DNA of 64,000 nucleotides from the human T2T-CHM13v2.0 reference genome, Homo sapiens. The notes below the pieces were generated by a model that worked only from the letters and a program-made list of their open reading frames with translations, had not been told where the DNA came from and did not search any database. The translations under genes were made by a program, and so were the position numbers. Location: assembly GCF_009914755.1 (NCBI RefSeq), contig NC_060936.1, one strand, 5' to 3'. This document shows positions 1 to 13,900 of the stretch, one piece after another (position 1 is the stretch's first letter; every line of letters begins with the position of its first letter).

Positions 1-994
1 AAACCACAAGTAGAGGTCAATTCAAGAAAGGCAGGAGGCAATGAGTCAGTGGATCAGGATGGAATGTGAAGACGGTAGGAAGTGTCTGACAAAAACTAAG
101 AATGTGCCGGTAGACAAATTACTCTGGGGTACAAGACAGGGAATTTGTCTTAGAACCCTAACTCTACAAAGGAAACTTGGTCCCTCTGGTGCTAGCAGAG
201 AAGGCATGGTGGGTGCTTTCATGTGCCGTCACAGCAGTACAAGAATTTTTAGAAGTGAACATTTTATGATTAAAAGTAAATTCAGGCAAAAATAAAGCAA
301 AATGCAATCATTCGTTGAGTTGGAGACAGTTTAGAAAAACTAATTGTTATCATTTCTCTAACCTAGATAGCACAATATTTTAATGTGAGATAAATAAAAT
401 TTTGATTTGTCATTTAATTTTAAGTAATTTATTACATCAACAAATCTATCCCAAAGACTGTGTCTCCAGATTATCAAAATTACTATTTGAACTTTTTAAA
501 AAAATTGAGTTGCTTGCTAGCCCTTTGTAATTCTTTTATATAGTTTATTCAAGGCTGACTTAATATGCAGCTAAATTTACAAAGATGCTTTAGAATTTAT
601 ATTGATATGATAGCCATAAGACTAACTGGTAGTGAGAATAATTTTATGGGAACATTGTGTAATATCTGAATTAAATTAAGTAATTTTAACCTTGGCCCTG
701 TGGTATCTGCAGGTCTTATTACTATTTTGTCAACAAATATTTATTAACCACACAGTATTCCAAGTATGAAAATGGATATTAGAAATGTAAAGATGAGTAA
801 GACAGTTCCTGCTTCAAGGAGCTGAGTGGTGTGATGCAGGCAATATACACAGCTATAATGTGGTAAAACATCAGACATACACTGAGATGGACACAAAACA
901 GGATGACCCAAACTCTGCAGGAAGAATGCGGAATGGTAAGAAAGTATTACCCATTTAATGAAGGAAAGGTAAAAGTTTGCGAGATATATAAGAA

Positions 995-1210
995 ATGTTA
1001 TTAGCTAACATTTATTGAGTGTTTAATATGTGCTGTTTTAAATTTTCTACATGTATCAACTCACAACAACCCCACAAGTCAGTGTTATCATATCCCCATT
1101 TTATAGATGAAGAAACAGAGACACAGACGCTGTAGCGACCTTGACCCAAGGTCACATAATTTGTAAATTCATAAAATGAAAATTTAGGCACTCTGGCTCC
1201 AGAGTTCATA
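995..1210 (-). mobile_element. MIR SINE
   Basis: Core CCCCATTTTATAGATGAAGAAACAGAGACACAGA...GACCCAAGGTCACA. Confidence 0.75.
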
Positions 1211-1472
1211 CCTAAGGGTTTCTTTAAAATGTGAAAACAAAGATATCATACTATAGAGGGAAAAAGAGAGATAACAATTGATAGTATTATAAAACAAAGG
1301 ATATTAGCAGCATTACACTTGTGAATTGCTGCCCTTAATCTTGATTATACGCAGCAATTTTTGGCAGAGAAAAGATATGTTTCCAAAATACTAAGTATAC
1401 TTGGTAATTGACATTTTGCTTGATTTTCATAAATTTTATTTTAATTGAATTGACAATAAGAAATGCAAGTAC

Positions 1473-1588
1473 CTCTTTGTATGAAGACATAATCCTTTCA
1501 ATAGCATCAGCTCCAGAGGCCAGTAAATTTCGAGCAGTGGTAAAGGCTTCTGTCCGTTCACTAACCATAACTTGCTTTTGGCCATCCT
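1473..1588 (-). CDS. ABCD2: ABCD2 coding exon 3 (116 nt; [39 protein letters not shown])
   Basis: Acceptor tttttatatctag|AG, donor GAG|GTACTT; completes the phase-1 codon (G+AG=Glu). [26 protein letters not shown] is the conserved ABCD1/2 segment. Confidence 0.97.
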
Positions 1589-1752
1589 CTAGATATAAAA
1601 ACAAATTACAAAACTTGAGTTTTTTTTTTTTTTTTTTTTAGTAACTTAATGTTTTATATTATACAAACTAAATTGTGGCTAAAACAACCACATATTAATT
1701 TTTCATTAGTAGTAGCAATTTTCTAGAAATATAATGAATCATTGAAAATTCA

Positions 1753-2127
<375 letters not shown>

Positions 2128-2278
2128 TTAAAGTTCCTCTTGTTTTATTATTTTTTCCAAAATGAGAGTTGGGACAAATAAATCAAAAGGAACTAAAACT
2201 ATTTTCATTTAGCATTCTTTCAACCCTTTCCACTTGGACTCCCTGCCCTTAGGAGGGAGCAATAATGTACTACTGGGC

Positions 2279-2611
<333 letters not shown>

Positions 2612-3035
2612 CTACTGGGCAATAAAATAGTATTGATCTGGTAATTAAATATTAATACTACTAATAAACAAACATTTATGGTGTGGTTTCTTTAATAGAA
2701 ATGCAAATTAGCTGATTCTCATAATCTAGCCTCTGTCTACCTTTCTCAACCATCCTTCACCCTACGCTCCAGCAGCACCCCATACATGGCATACTCTGTT
2801 AATCCTCTGGCATTTGTATATGTGATTTCTCTGGACTTTAATATACTTTCCTTTCTTTCTTGCTTAACTTTTTCTCCTTCTTTAAGAGTTAACACTTTAC
2901 TAAAGGTTTTGCTAAGAATCCTTGTCTCTTTCAGTGGACTATAATTTCTTTGAAGGTCAAGACTGTGTGTTTTATTCTTTATTCCTAGTATTCAGCACAG
3001 TGTCTAACACATAGTACTCCTTAATGTGCATTGAA

Positions 3036-3073
3036 TGGATGGATGAGTGGATGGACGGATGGATGGATGGATG
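3036..3073 (+). repeat. (GGAT)n microsatellite at the end of an L2-like remnant
   Basis: TGGATGGATGAGTGGATGGACGGATGGATGG... Confidence 0.8.
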
Positions 3074-3094
3074 AACATCCTAAATTACTGTCAA

Positions 3095-3350
3095 TGGAGA
3101 ATTATGGTTAAGAGTTAGGAATCAGACTAGGTTTGAATCTAGGTTTTATTCCTTATAAGCAAGTAGTAAGGTAAGTAGGGCAAGACACTTACCTCTCCAC
3201 ATCTATTTTCTCACCTGTAAAATGAGGTACATAACTATCTCAAACAGCCCTATCTTTTAGGGTTCTAAGGGTTATTGGTGAAAACCGAATAAAGCGTTAG
3301 TGCAATACATGGCCCACAGTAAGTGCTCTAAATATCAGCAGTTATTATTT
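3095..3350 (+). mobile_element. MIR SINE
   Basis: GGGCAAGACACTTACCTCTCC...TTTCTCACCTGTAAAATGAGG...ACAGTAAGTGCTCTAAATAT. Confidence 0.7.
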
Positions 3351-5049
3351 TTTGTAGTTGTCGTTGCTATTATTGTATATCCACTCAATTTTAGTTTTAG
3401 TATTCAAAATTACATTCTCCAGGTTGTTACTTTAATCTTTTCATCAATTTGATTCTCTAGCTGGTCCTTCTATACATTATCTTCAAATTTCCAAACTAGA
3501 TATTATAAGCTAAGGAGGAAAGTAGCAGTGATATAGATAGCCATAGGCCCATTTTGATATTTAGTTCACTCTAATTTATCTCAAAGGATTTCAGTGCAAA
3601 TATATACTTTATGCCTTGCTGTAATTACCAGATATTTTTACTTTTTTTGCACATAGACAGCTCAACTTATTTTGAAAGGGATACCTGCACAATATGAGGT
3701 AAAATTCACCCAGCATGTATTTACTAGACACTTAGATGTGCAAGAAATTAGGCAAGATACAGGAAAAAATATGATTTTCAGATTTTTTTTCCTGAGAGAG
3801 CTTACAGCTTGGTAGAAGAGAGATGTCAAATTCCTAAACAATTATGTAGGGAAGCCTGGATGAGTTAATGCAAGGTGTTTGGAGAGGGCAAAAATTATTA
3901 CTTGCTGCAAGAGACAGAAAATGCTTCATGGAGGAGTAGATTTTGAGAGACGTCTTGAAGATGGCATAAAATTTTAATAGATTAAAAGTATGGCATAAGC
4001 AATAGCACAGAGAAGGAACATGTCGAGTAATGCTAATTGAATGACAAACTGGTTAAGTTTACAGTATGGGTTGACGTCAAGCACTGATTTCATGGACTAT
4101 CAGAATCACCATGAGTTCATGGAGATGTTTTACCATAGTCCAATGTGTCCTCTCCTAGCCTTACTGATAATCACTCCTCTAGAGAACTACTGTTAGTCCC
4201 CTTGAAGTTAATTAGTTAGTTTACCTAAAGAAGGAAAACAAAAAGGCTGATGAGCATTGGTATGAGGGAGAAGCAAAAGATGTGATTACATAAATAGACT
4301 GGGAACAGAATATAGATATTCTTAAAGACATGTAAATGTGTGATACAATTTAGATAGCCACAAAAGGGGTACCAAAATAGTAAATTCTTATATCAGTTAA
4401 AATGCTAAGAATAGTTTTGGCTCATAGAAAATCTGGCTGACAATCTAAAATAATTATGGAATTTTATGAATTTGGGTTAAAAGGGATTCAAATAGTAGTT
4501 TTCATCGACAGCTTCTGTTAAGAGGAAAAAACATTTGCACAGATGGACTGGCATTTCATATGGCATGATAATTTCTGTCTTGCTTTGGCAGATTAATGCT
4601 TATTGGGTCTTCTTCATGTTTTTAGCAATAAAATAATAAAAGCTTCCTCCAGATCAGATTTTATGTGGCTTTTTATTCTACTAGTTGTTCTTTGGCAGGT
4701 ACTGTGAGAGCATTGCCAGTAGTATTTTGTCATGCACACAACAGCCAACTGCCTGACCTCTAAGACAGGGCCAGATTCCTTAGTGCCAGAGATATAAATC
4801 CATGACCTAAAATACTAAGCAGTTTTTATTCTAGGTCAATACATTCTTTTTGTCCTCACTGAATATTTTAGCTATTTTGTCAAAAGTTCCTCATTTAAGG
4901 ATTTCATATTTAACACTATACCTGTTCATTTTACTGCTAATTTGGAGCTCTGATAGTAAAGAGTACATATTGAAAATTGGTCACATGTCTTGTTATTTCA
5001 CAGAAAAGATGGGGAAGAATTTTAAACTTAAGGTTATGCCTTATATATT

Positions 5050-6490
5050 TACCATAACCCTTGCAAATGTACATCACAAAGAGTGAAGCCTAATGTAAAT
5101 TATGAACTTTGGTTAATAAGGAATAGATATTGGTTCATCAGTTGTAATGAAAGTTCCACACTAATACAAGATATAAGGCATAGGGGAAACTATGGGGGGA
5201 GAGGGTATTTAAGACCACTGTACCTTCTGATCAGTTTTTGTAAACCTAAAACTTACCTAAAGAAATAAGGTGTATTATTTTTAAAAAATAAAAAGTAAGT
5301 TTATTCTTCTACTTTTTTCAAGCTTATCATCTGAGTTTCTCTTCATTTATCTTTCTCTTTGTCATCTTGACAAATCTTGACAAAATTTATAACCTGCGCC
5401 TATCCTCCACCATATATAAACATCCATTCTAAGTGACTGAAGATCTAAATGTGAAATGAAAAACCAAGGAAATTTCTAGAAGATAAAATAAGGAATAACT
5501 TTATTATGTTGAGTTAGGCAGATATTTCTTAAATAGGACATAAAACCACTAACCATAAAGAAAATTATTGGTGAATTAAACTATAGTAAAAGTATGAATT
5601 TCTATTAGACACCATTAAGAGAGTGAAAAGGCCAGATGTAGGGTGGGAAAATATATTTGAGATTAAATGTGTGTGTGTGTATGTGTATGTGTGTGTGTGT
5701 GGTGTGCATGTATATGATATATCCAACAAATGACTCATTACATAATACATAAAAGCTTTTACAAATCAGTAAGAAAAAACTGATAAACCAATGTAAAAAT
5801 GAGCAAAAGACTTACAGGCACGTCATAACAAAGGCTATCCAAACGTCCAATGAGTAAATAAAAGTGCTTAACCTCAATAGTCATTAGAGAAATGCAAAGT
5901 AAGACCACAGTGAAGTACCACTATACACTCATGAGAATGTCTAAAATGAAAAAGCCAGACAAAGATATGGAGGAAATAGAACCCTTACACATTGCTGTTG
6001 GGAATGTAAATTGAAAGAACTTTTTTTGGAAAACTGTTTTACAAAATCTGCTAAAGCTGAACCTATGCATAGCCTGTAATCTAGCAGTTTTACTTCTAGT
6101 TAAGTACTCACAGATATGTATATACATACACCAAAAGATCTGGACAAAAATGTTCTTAACAGCGCTATTACTAATACCCAGCAAACTGGATACAATCTAA
6201 TGTCTGCTAACAACAGAATGGTTAAATAAAATGGTATAGTCATACAACGGGATGCTATATAGCAAAGTCAATAAATATGCTATGGTTATACTCAGTAACA
6301 CTGATGAAGCTCATAAGCATAATACTGAGTCAAAGAAGCTAGTCATAAAAGAGTATGTATTATATAATACTATTTATGAAATTTTCAAACTAGCAAATAC
6401 TACTTGATAGTGAGGTCATTATACTTTGTGACAACTCATTAACTGGTACACTAATGATTATGCCCATATTGGCATATATGCTATACTTTA
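5050..6490 (+). mobile_element. Old L1M (L1ME/MC-like) 3'-end fragments, with a (TG)n at ~5668-5705
   Basis: Degenerate ORF2-end/3'UTR motifs (ATTAGAGAAATGCAAA, TTGCTGTTGGGAATGTAAATTG, ACATACACCAAAAGA). Confidence 0.7.
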
Positions 6491-6978
6491 AACAATTGTA
6501 GTCACTTTTATGCATACCTAATTAGAGTTTTAAAGTACGCCTTTGATATGTATTGATAATACTGCTATGTTCATTGGTCAAAAAGAGTACAATTATATCC
6601 AAATTGGCCCACAATATAAAATAACATTTCAACGATTTGGCATTGGAATATGAGACAATAATGCAGCAGAAACTGAAGCTATGGTTATAATCTTATTGGC
6701 AGTACATTTTAGGAATAAAAGCATCACCCATGCTACTGGAGTGCATGCAGTGCCTTTCAGTTACTCCTGATATCCTGCTTCACACTCACAGATCACAAAC
6801 ATGTTGACATTACTGGCAGTGCTAGTAGCTTAGACACTCTTTTTTCCTGCCTGTTAGGTGTCTGTGATAAGATATTGACAGAGTAACCTCATAGCTTTCA
6901 CTGGCCTCCTTGCCCAGAACAGCTTTTGATATCAAGAGAAGAAAGGCAGCCTACTAATGTTAAAGAATTGAGGTTGTG

Positions 6979-7339
<361 letters not shown>

Positions 7340-9750
7340 TCATTCTCTTAATACTAAGTAAAGAAAGGGGTGATAGTCTTTAAAAATAGTATAATAGAAA
7401 CTCTACATAACTAACACTTCAATGCCTCTTTGCCAACCATTTGGTCCCATGGTTACTCTGCCTCAAACTTACCCATCTTCCTTATAGAATAAGTTCCAAT
7501 GTAGCTAATATGGTGGCAGCATGATGCAGTAGAAGAAAGCAGTGCATCTGGAGTTATATAACGCCCTCCATCCTTAGAGCTTCCGCTAACTAACTGTGTG
7601 ACTTTAGGCAAAGCTGGGGCTCTAGACCAGATGGCCTTTAAGCTCCTCTTTTGATGTGAAAATGCCATGTTGTATATGTGATTTTATTATGTGAATTTGA
7701 ATACAAACATAATCCTGTCTTTACCATAAGATTTCACTTAAAGTTTTAGGTGGATAGTACAGCAAATCTGCAATAGAATTATTTTTCCTTTCCCTTCCAA
7801 CAAAAATTATGCGGGTTCTTCCTTTCTCCATTTTCACCTCTGAATTCCTAATCACTTTTGAACGTGCTCCTTTAAGCTACAGCAGTGATCATGTTAGCAA
7901 ACATCTACTGAATATCTGTGAGCCAGGCCTTGTTCTAAGTTTCACATATCTGATCTTATTTAATGCTTGTAACAACGCTGCTATCATTTCTCTCATTTTG
8001 GAAATGTGGAAATTGAAGGACAAAAGGTTACATGATTTGCCCAGGGTCACAGTCTAGAAAGCAAAGAAGCCAGCATATGATCCAGAATATCTGACTCAGG
8101 AGCCACAGGGTAAGAATATGATAAATATTAACAATTGCTTCTACCTAGGTTCTTACTTAGCCAAGGACTGTTTCAAAACACATTAAGTATGTTACATGTA
8201 ACTTCGTAAAAATTTTGAAAGATGTGTATAATTATCTCTATAGTTAAGATAGGAAAACTGATGTACATAAAGTGTATGTAACTTTCCCAGGAAAGGACAA
8301 CTATCAAATAGCAGAGCCAACATTTGAACAGCAGCCTTCTTTTTTCTTCATTTTATCCTCTTTTTCCCCCCTCTACTTCACATTTTCCCCTTGCCATTTC
8401 TTTCTGACTCACCTATTTTTCTACCTTTTTTTTTTGCCTTAAAATATATAAAGCATCATGCACTTTACCTCTAACATAAGGGACAAACTAAAGGCATACG
8501 TGTAAACTATGACTGAAGATTAGATTAGAATACATGGTATGTAATTCCAAGAACTAAAACCTTAAAGATATACTATTATCTTAAAAAAATTCTTTTGGCT
8601 AAGTAAAGTCACTCGGTATTTTCATGTGTTAAGTCTTTGTATGACAAATATATTTAGTAAATACATACATATACCTGCAAACATTACAGGCACAGATAGT
8701 AACCCTTGATATTACAGATTTTGAAGAACATTCTCAATTAATAGTCTGTCATATGAATTCATTTTTCTGTCTATGAAATTCTTACATTACTTTTCTCTAT
8801 ATAAAAATTTTCTTTTGAAAGAAGCTTTAAGAAATACTTTGTTTCACTTGCCTCAATGTGGTTATTATATTTCAATCTAAAATTTTAATGTTTCTTTAAT
8901 TTAATATGGTATTTTCAGGATTTGTGGGATTTATTTTTAAATATATTATTACATCTTGTTAAATAAGCTTGTTAGATTCTTTGTATACATTGTTTACTTC
9001 TTACTGGTCTCTGTGGGGTTAATTTGTCACCATTTAATAGCTGCATTTTTGCTGTTCTATGTTGAATACTCCAGGGTTTTTTAATAACACCAGTGTGTCC
9101 AAGCACTGACTAACAAAACTACATCATAATCTTGTCTATAGAGTTGTCTCTAATATACATTATATATTAAACTTTTTAAATGAGTATCGTTATTTTAAGA
9201 AATGACTTTTTAAGTGAATATCTGATAATTTTGACTTTTTTTGGTAAAACTAATATTAACACCATAGATTTTAAAGTGTCACTCTCGCTAATACTCTTTT
9301 GAAAAAGTAATTTTATTTCATTATGAAAGGATTATGTCTAAAATACTATTACTAACAATACCTTTTTCAATATAAACTTTTTAAAATTAAATTCTTTTTA
9401 GTAAATTTTGAAACATAAAACCAGATAAAATTCAATTTTCTCAGTGGTCTACAAATAGTGTCTATTACACAGTTCATTTGTGAAGTATAATTGATATATG
9501 CATAACACTTGCCACAAAGAAAGGCTGACAAATACTAACTTACTGAAATGAACATATTTATGTTAAGAATAACTCAACTTTGACAAGTGTTTTTGTAAGG
9601 ACTGGTTAAAACATTGAAGCACTGTTTCAAAACATTAAGGCATATTATAATTATTGTTTTTATTAGATCACTTCAAACAAATAACTATTCATCCTTAATT
9701 CTGTACAAAATAACTATAAAACAGTGCAGATTCTGTAACAATATTCTTAG

Positions 9751-9801
9751 TTTTCTAGGTAATAATTGTCACCTTTTATTTTCTAGGTAATAATTGTCAC
9801 C
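9751..9801 (+). repeat. Perfect 23-bp direct duplication TTTTCTAGGTAATAATTGTCACC (period 28)
   Basis: Copies at 9751-9773 and 9779-9801. Confidence 0.9.
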
Positions 9802-10860
9802 ATATATCAAGTATAACATGCTCTGTACTTCATAAACATTATTCAGTTAAATCCTCACAACAATTCTCTGAAGTAGCCTTTCTGGTTCTCATTTTATAAA
9901 TGAGGAAACTAAGGTATAGAGAGTTTAATCAACTCTAATTAAACAGACTAAGAGGATACACGTAGGAAGAGGGGGAACCAAAAGTTGAACAAAACTCTGT
10001 TTCACTACAAAGCCTATGCTTCTGGCCAATTTTAGTCCAGTGATTTTTAAGGAGGGATGTCTTATTTTAGGAAAAGAGTAGAAAATACTTCTTCAGTTAA
10101 TTCTTCTCTGTTCCAACCAATTAAGATCCAAGCTCCCATCCAAGGATGATACAACATTTTAACATTGTCTTTTCTTCCTTGCCCTTATCTTTCTTTGTTA
10201 TTCCAAAGAATAAAAACTGTTATTAAAAACTGTTGAGACAGTGGTAGGATAGAATTAGCCAGCTGCAGCTTGACAACCACCATTCCTACAAAACCACCAA
10301 ATCATGCTGCATAAGAGGTTATCTGTATTATTCACAAGCAGAGGAGCCCTTATTCCATGGCACTTAAGCATTCTCTGAAGCAATATTCCTGCTTGCCCAT
10401 TGTAGTCAATGGACTTTTCAAATCGCAAAGCAGGGCAAATTCAGTTATAGAATATTTATAGACTAAATGTATGGGATGTATAGAACTAATGTTTATAACA
10501 CATGAGGAATGCTTGTGTTATACTCTTTCTGAGGGTACTAACTTATTCTGAGGTTAAGTGTAAACTAAAGAATCATCCTATATTAGGCAATATAATTAAA
10601 ATTGCTCAAGGTCAACTCCGAGAAACACTGCATCAGAGATCTCTGAAATAGCTCAGAACTGGGAACGTCTTTGAACCACTGTCTCCTTATTTCATACTGC
10701 TGGTCTTATCACTGGACGCTGTAAAGTCTGCCATTGTTTCGGACCATTGTTAACTAGAATATGACCATGTACACAGTTTAGCTCACATAAAACTAGCAAT
10801 GACAACTTCAAAAGAAATAATGTTAAAAATATATTTGAGATTAAGCATAAATGTCATTAC

Positions 10861-11041
10861 CACCATCTGCAAAGCCAGTTGCAGTGATAATAGGTATAGC
10901 CACCATAATTAGTCCACTGCTGCTCCAAACATACTTCATCAGGAACTGTTCTATCATGATGTACCACAAACGTTTGGATAAAATGAGGTTCATCTGATCT
11001 GCTAAAGCTTTGTAACTTTTCTGAAGTTGTTTCATTTCTAC
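10861..11041 (-). CDS. ABCD2: ABCD2 coding exon 2 (181 nt; [13 protein letters not shown]...[26 protein letters not shown])
   Basis: Acceptor ctctctatag|GTAGAA, donor GGTG|GTAATG; in frame with exon 1; phase 1 end. Confidence 0.97.
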
Positions 11042-12549
11042 CTATAGAGAGGAAAAAGAGTTGAGGACTTTTTTTAAAGATATATACATATTATTCTTTT
11101 TTTTTTTTAGTATGGCATTATCTATGCATCTTAACCAATAAATGCAGATTAATACCAGTATTAGTTATTATTTAGTTTTGGTCACATGTGTATTATTTTT
11201 AAAAGTTTATGCTACTCAGTGGACATAATGTTAGGTATAAAATACATATAAGTAATTTATAGTTATGATATTTAAATTTTATGTATGAGATGTTAAAATT
11301 AAATGATATTATATGAGACATGAATAAACAATTATTAGAGCTTTGTCCTTGTTGATTACACCAAAAATATCTGAAAATGGACACATGACATATATATGTA
11401 TAGACTCCACTTTTGAACTGACTCAATTTGTTGGATTTTGTCTTTTATGCAAGAAGTCTAAGCACACTATAATTTATATCATTGAATTCAATAGTTCAAG
11501 AAGAATCACAAATCAATATGATATAATACAATATATGAGGTCAATTTTCAAGTGGGAGTAGGATTCCTAAATTTACTTTAAATATTATTTTTCAGGTTGC
11601 TACTGCTATTAAAGACACTGATAATTACAGATGCTTTAAAAATTAAATAATTCTGCTTGGTGATTGACATGCCATCTTCAACAGTAGAATACTTTATTTT
11701 ATTCACCAAGTCATTTAAATTAAGATTGCATTGCCTTCAAAATTTCTGTCATTTCATATTCTGAAGTTACCTTCATGCACTGTTAGTATGTATAATTGGG
11801 CTAATTGTTTTAGGGATCTGCTTAATGTTGAAAATCTTTAATAATTAAAAACATTCTGAAACTCCTTTTGTACTCCTCATTTCTTCTCTAATTTCAGCTT
11901 TTTTTTTTTTTCAAAGCTAGACAAAATTTCATTTCACTTCCTCTTTTCATTTTGTCAAAGTACAGTGCTGAACATGAACTAAGAGTAGTAGAAATGCCAT
12001 TTTGTGAGACACTCTCCTACGCTTCTTGGGAATGGGGATGCTCCATATTGATCAGACATGCAAAATTGTTAAAAATGTCTTCTATAAGAAACCCTGGCTC
12101 TTCCCCCCTCTTGGACAACAAAGGAACAACAAAGAATATCATTCTAAATTTTCCATTTCAGTGGAAATATGTTTAGTCTTAGTTTCTAAATATATATTTT
12201 CTTCTGGTAGGTGCTTTAGGATGACCTACCAAGTTGGGATTTAAGTTTTAAGAAAATGCGTTAGAAATAATTCTGAGCATATTTGAGTAACTGAGGCTAA
12301 GTAGACTTTTTTAGAGTGTTGCAAATTTTATTCTTCTGAAACTTTAGAAAAGTTTGCACCCTATAATCCTTTAACTGGTTACAGTTAAAAGGGGTAATGA
12401 AGCATATATTTTAATTCAGGTTTAGATGTCAGAGGAATCTAAGACACTAAAGAAGTGGGTCCATCGACAGGACAACAGATGGTATCTGGCACTGCAGTGG
12501 CAACTTGAACAGTTTCACATTTCACCCATCACCTTAATTTCTATCTTAC

Positions 12550-13488
12550 CTTATGTCCTCTGTAAAAGGCAATTTCTTCTACATTGGCTATAATTCTCGA
12601 GTGCACATACCGCAAATAGCCTTTTCTATGTGCTTCCTCTGCCACCAGTTTGCCAAATTTGGGAGAACAGGCTTTTAACACTTTAGCAGTGGCATACACC
12701 ACAAGTCCTGCTAGTAGGGTGGGCCCAATTGGGCTTGCTCCTCTGGATGTAGCAGTTTGAATGAGTGTATAGGAGGTCAGCATTACATCTAAAATAGGTT
12801 TGGTCAGATTGGAATACAAGTGAGCCACAGATTGGGAGAACATCATAATATCCTCCGTAAGAGATTGGTCAGGGTTTGCCAGCCTCCCATCCATATTGAT
12901 CACTTTATAATAAGTCTGATTTGTAAAATAGGTTTCATAGGCGTGGTCTACTAGGCGAGTTCTGAAGGCCAAAGCCAATTTGCATTCCAGGTACCTTATT
13001 GCACTGTTGACGAAGGTAGCAGGGATGGCAATCATAAGCCACTTGATTAATTTGATGATGAAAGTCCGAGGCTTCTTTTCCACAATGCTTTTCACGATTT
13101 TTCCATCCAGACCAGCCACATAGATAGAAAGAAAGGTTCTTGAGATTAGAGCCACTGAGTGCAGGCAGAGCCACCCTGTTTCAGTGGTCACAAGTTTTGG
13201 AAACAAAATTTTCCGAAGTTCTAGTAGCTGTTTGAAGAAATCTGCATTCACTCCAGGCGAAGGTTTTTCACAAATGGTCTCGGTGCAATGCAGTATTTCT
13301 GTGTTCTCTGCAGCAGGGTAAGCTGCTGCTTTTTTCTTCCCGTGGCCAGATTGCTTTAAACGCTTGCCAATGATGGGATAGAGGGTTTTCAGAGCATATG
13401 CCGCAGCCACCAGGCAGGCAGCCCTCTTAGCAGCACTCGATCTGGTCCATTTCACTCGATCAGCTGCTGCATTTAGCATATGTGTCAT
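12550..13488 (-). CDS. ABCD2: ABCD2 (ALDR, peroxisomal VLCFA-CoA ABC half-transporter) coding exon 1, codons 1-313 (TMD)
   Basis: [37 protein letters not shown]... contains the ABCD peroxisomal targeting/PEX19-type motif [23 protein letters not shown] and the EAA-like EEIAFYRGH. It ends at donor AAG|GTAAGA (12549); 939 nt, phase 0. Confidence 0.98.
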
Positions 13489-13900
13489 TTTCCCAGTTAC
13501 CCAAACCGGCTTCCAAAAGAATTCGTTTTAAAAGATCATGCTTCACAGAAATCCCCAGCAAATGTTTTAGAAAGTCCTACAGCGTCCCATAGTCTGCAGC
13601 GTTTCTCTTCCACTGTTGTGTTTTTAATTTTGTTCTGCTGTGACAGATGCAGCAGAGCTCAGACTCCGCTGCATCTACCGGGAATGATTCTCTCAGAAGC
13701 TCAAGCTGCACCAAGCTCCTCCCTCCCAGGCCCCTCATTGGCTGTGAGGGCGGTGGGACCTTGGAATCCTCGCAGCTTCCCTTTGAACCTTGAAAATGAG
13801 GAGAGAGCAAAGCGAATTACATCCTTCCTTAAACAGGAGTTCAGAGAGTTAAAATGTCTATTTTTGGAGAGGTCGAATCAGGCCATCTGCTGGCGAACAA
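13489..13900 (-). promoter_or_regulatory. ABCD2: ABCD2 5'UTR and proximal promoter: CCAAT box (13737-13741), GC box (13748-13753), TCF/LEF-type CTTTGAA (13781-13787)
   Basis: Motifs seen directly upstream of the ATG in a locally GC/CpG-richer, TATA-less region. The exact TSS cannot be read from the sequence. Confidence 0.75.
13870..13891. promoter_or_regulatory. Overlapping DR-4 (AGGTCG-aatc-AGGCCA; TR/LXR-type) and SRE/E-box (AGCAGATGGC on minus strand) about 400 bp upstream of the ABCD2 ATG
   Basis: DR-4 at 13870-13885, with GCCATCTGCT (13882-13891) overlapping it. Matches my recollection of the known thyroid-hormone/LXR/SREBP composite element of ABCD2. Confidence 0.85.

Noticed and set aside
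41-295. 84-aa ORF at window start
   Set aside because: Antisense in ABCD2 intron 3, with no homology or splice support.
12935-13174. Alternative-frame 79-aa ORF inside ABCD2 exon 1
   Set aside because: Non-ATG start, short, expected by chance within a coding exon.
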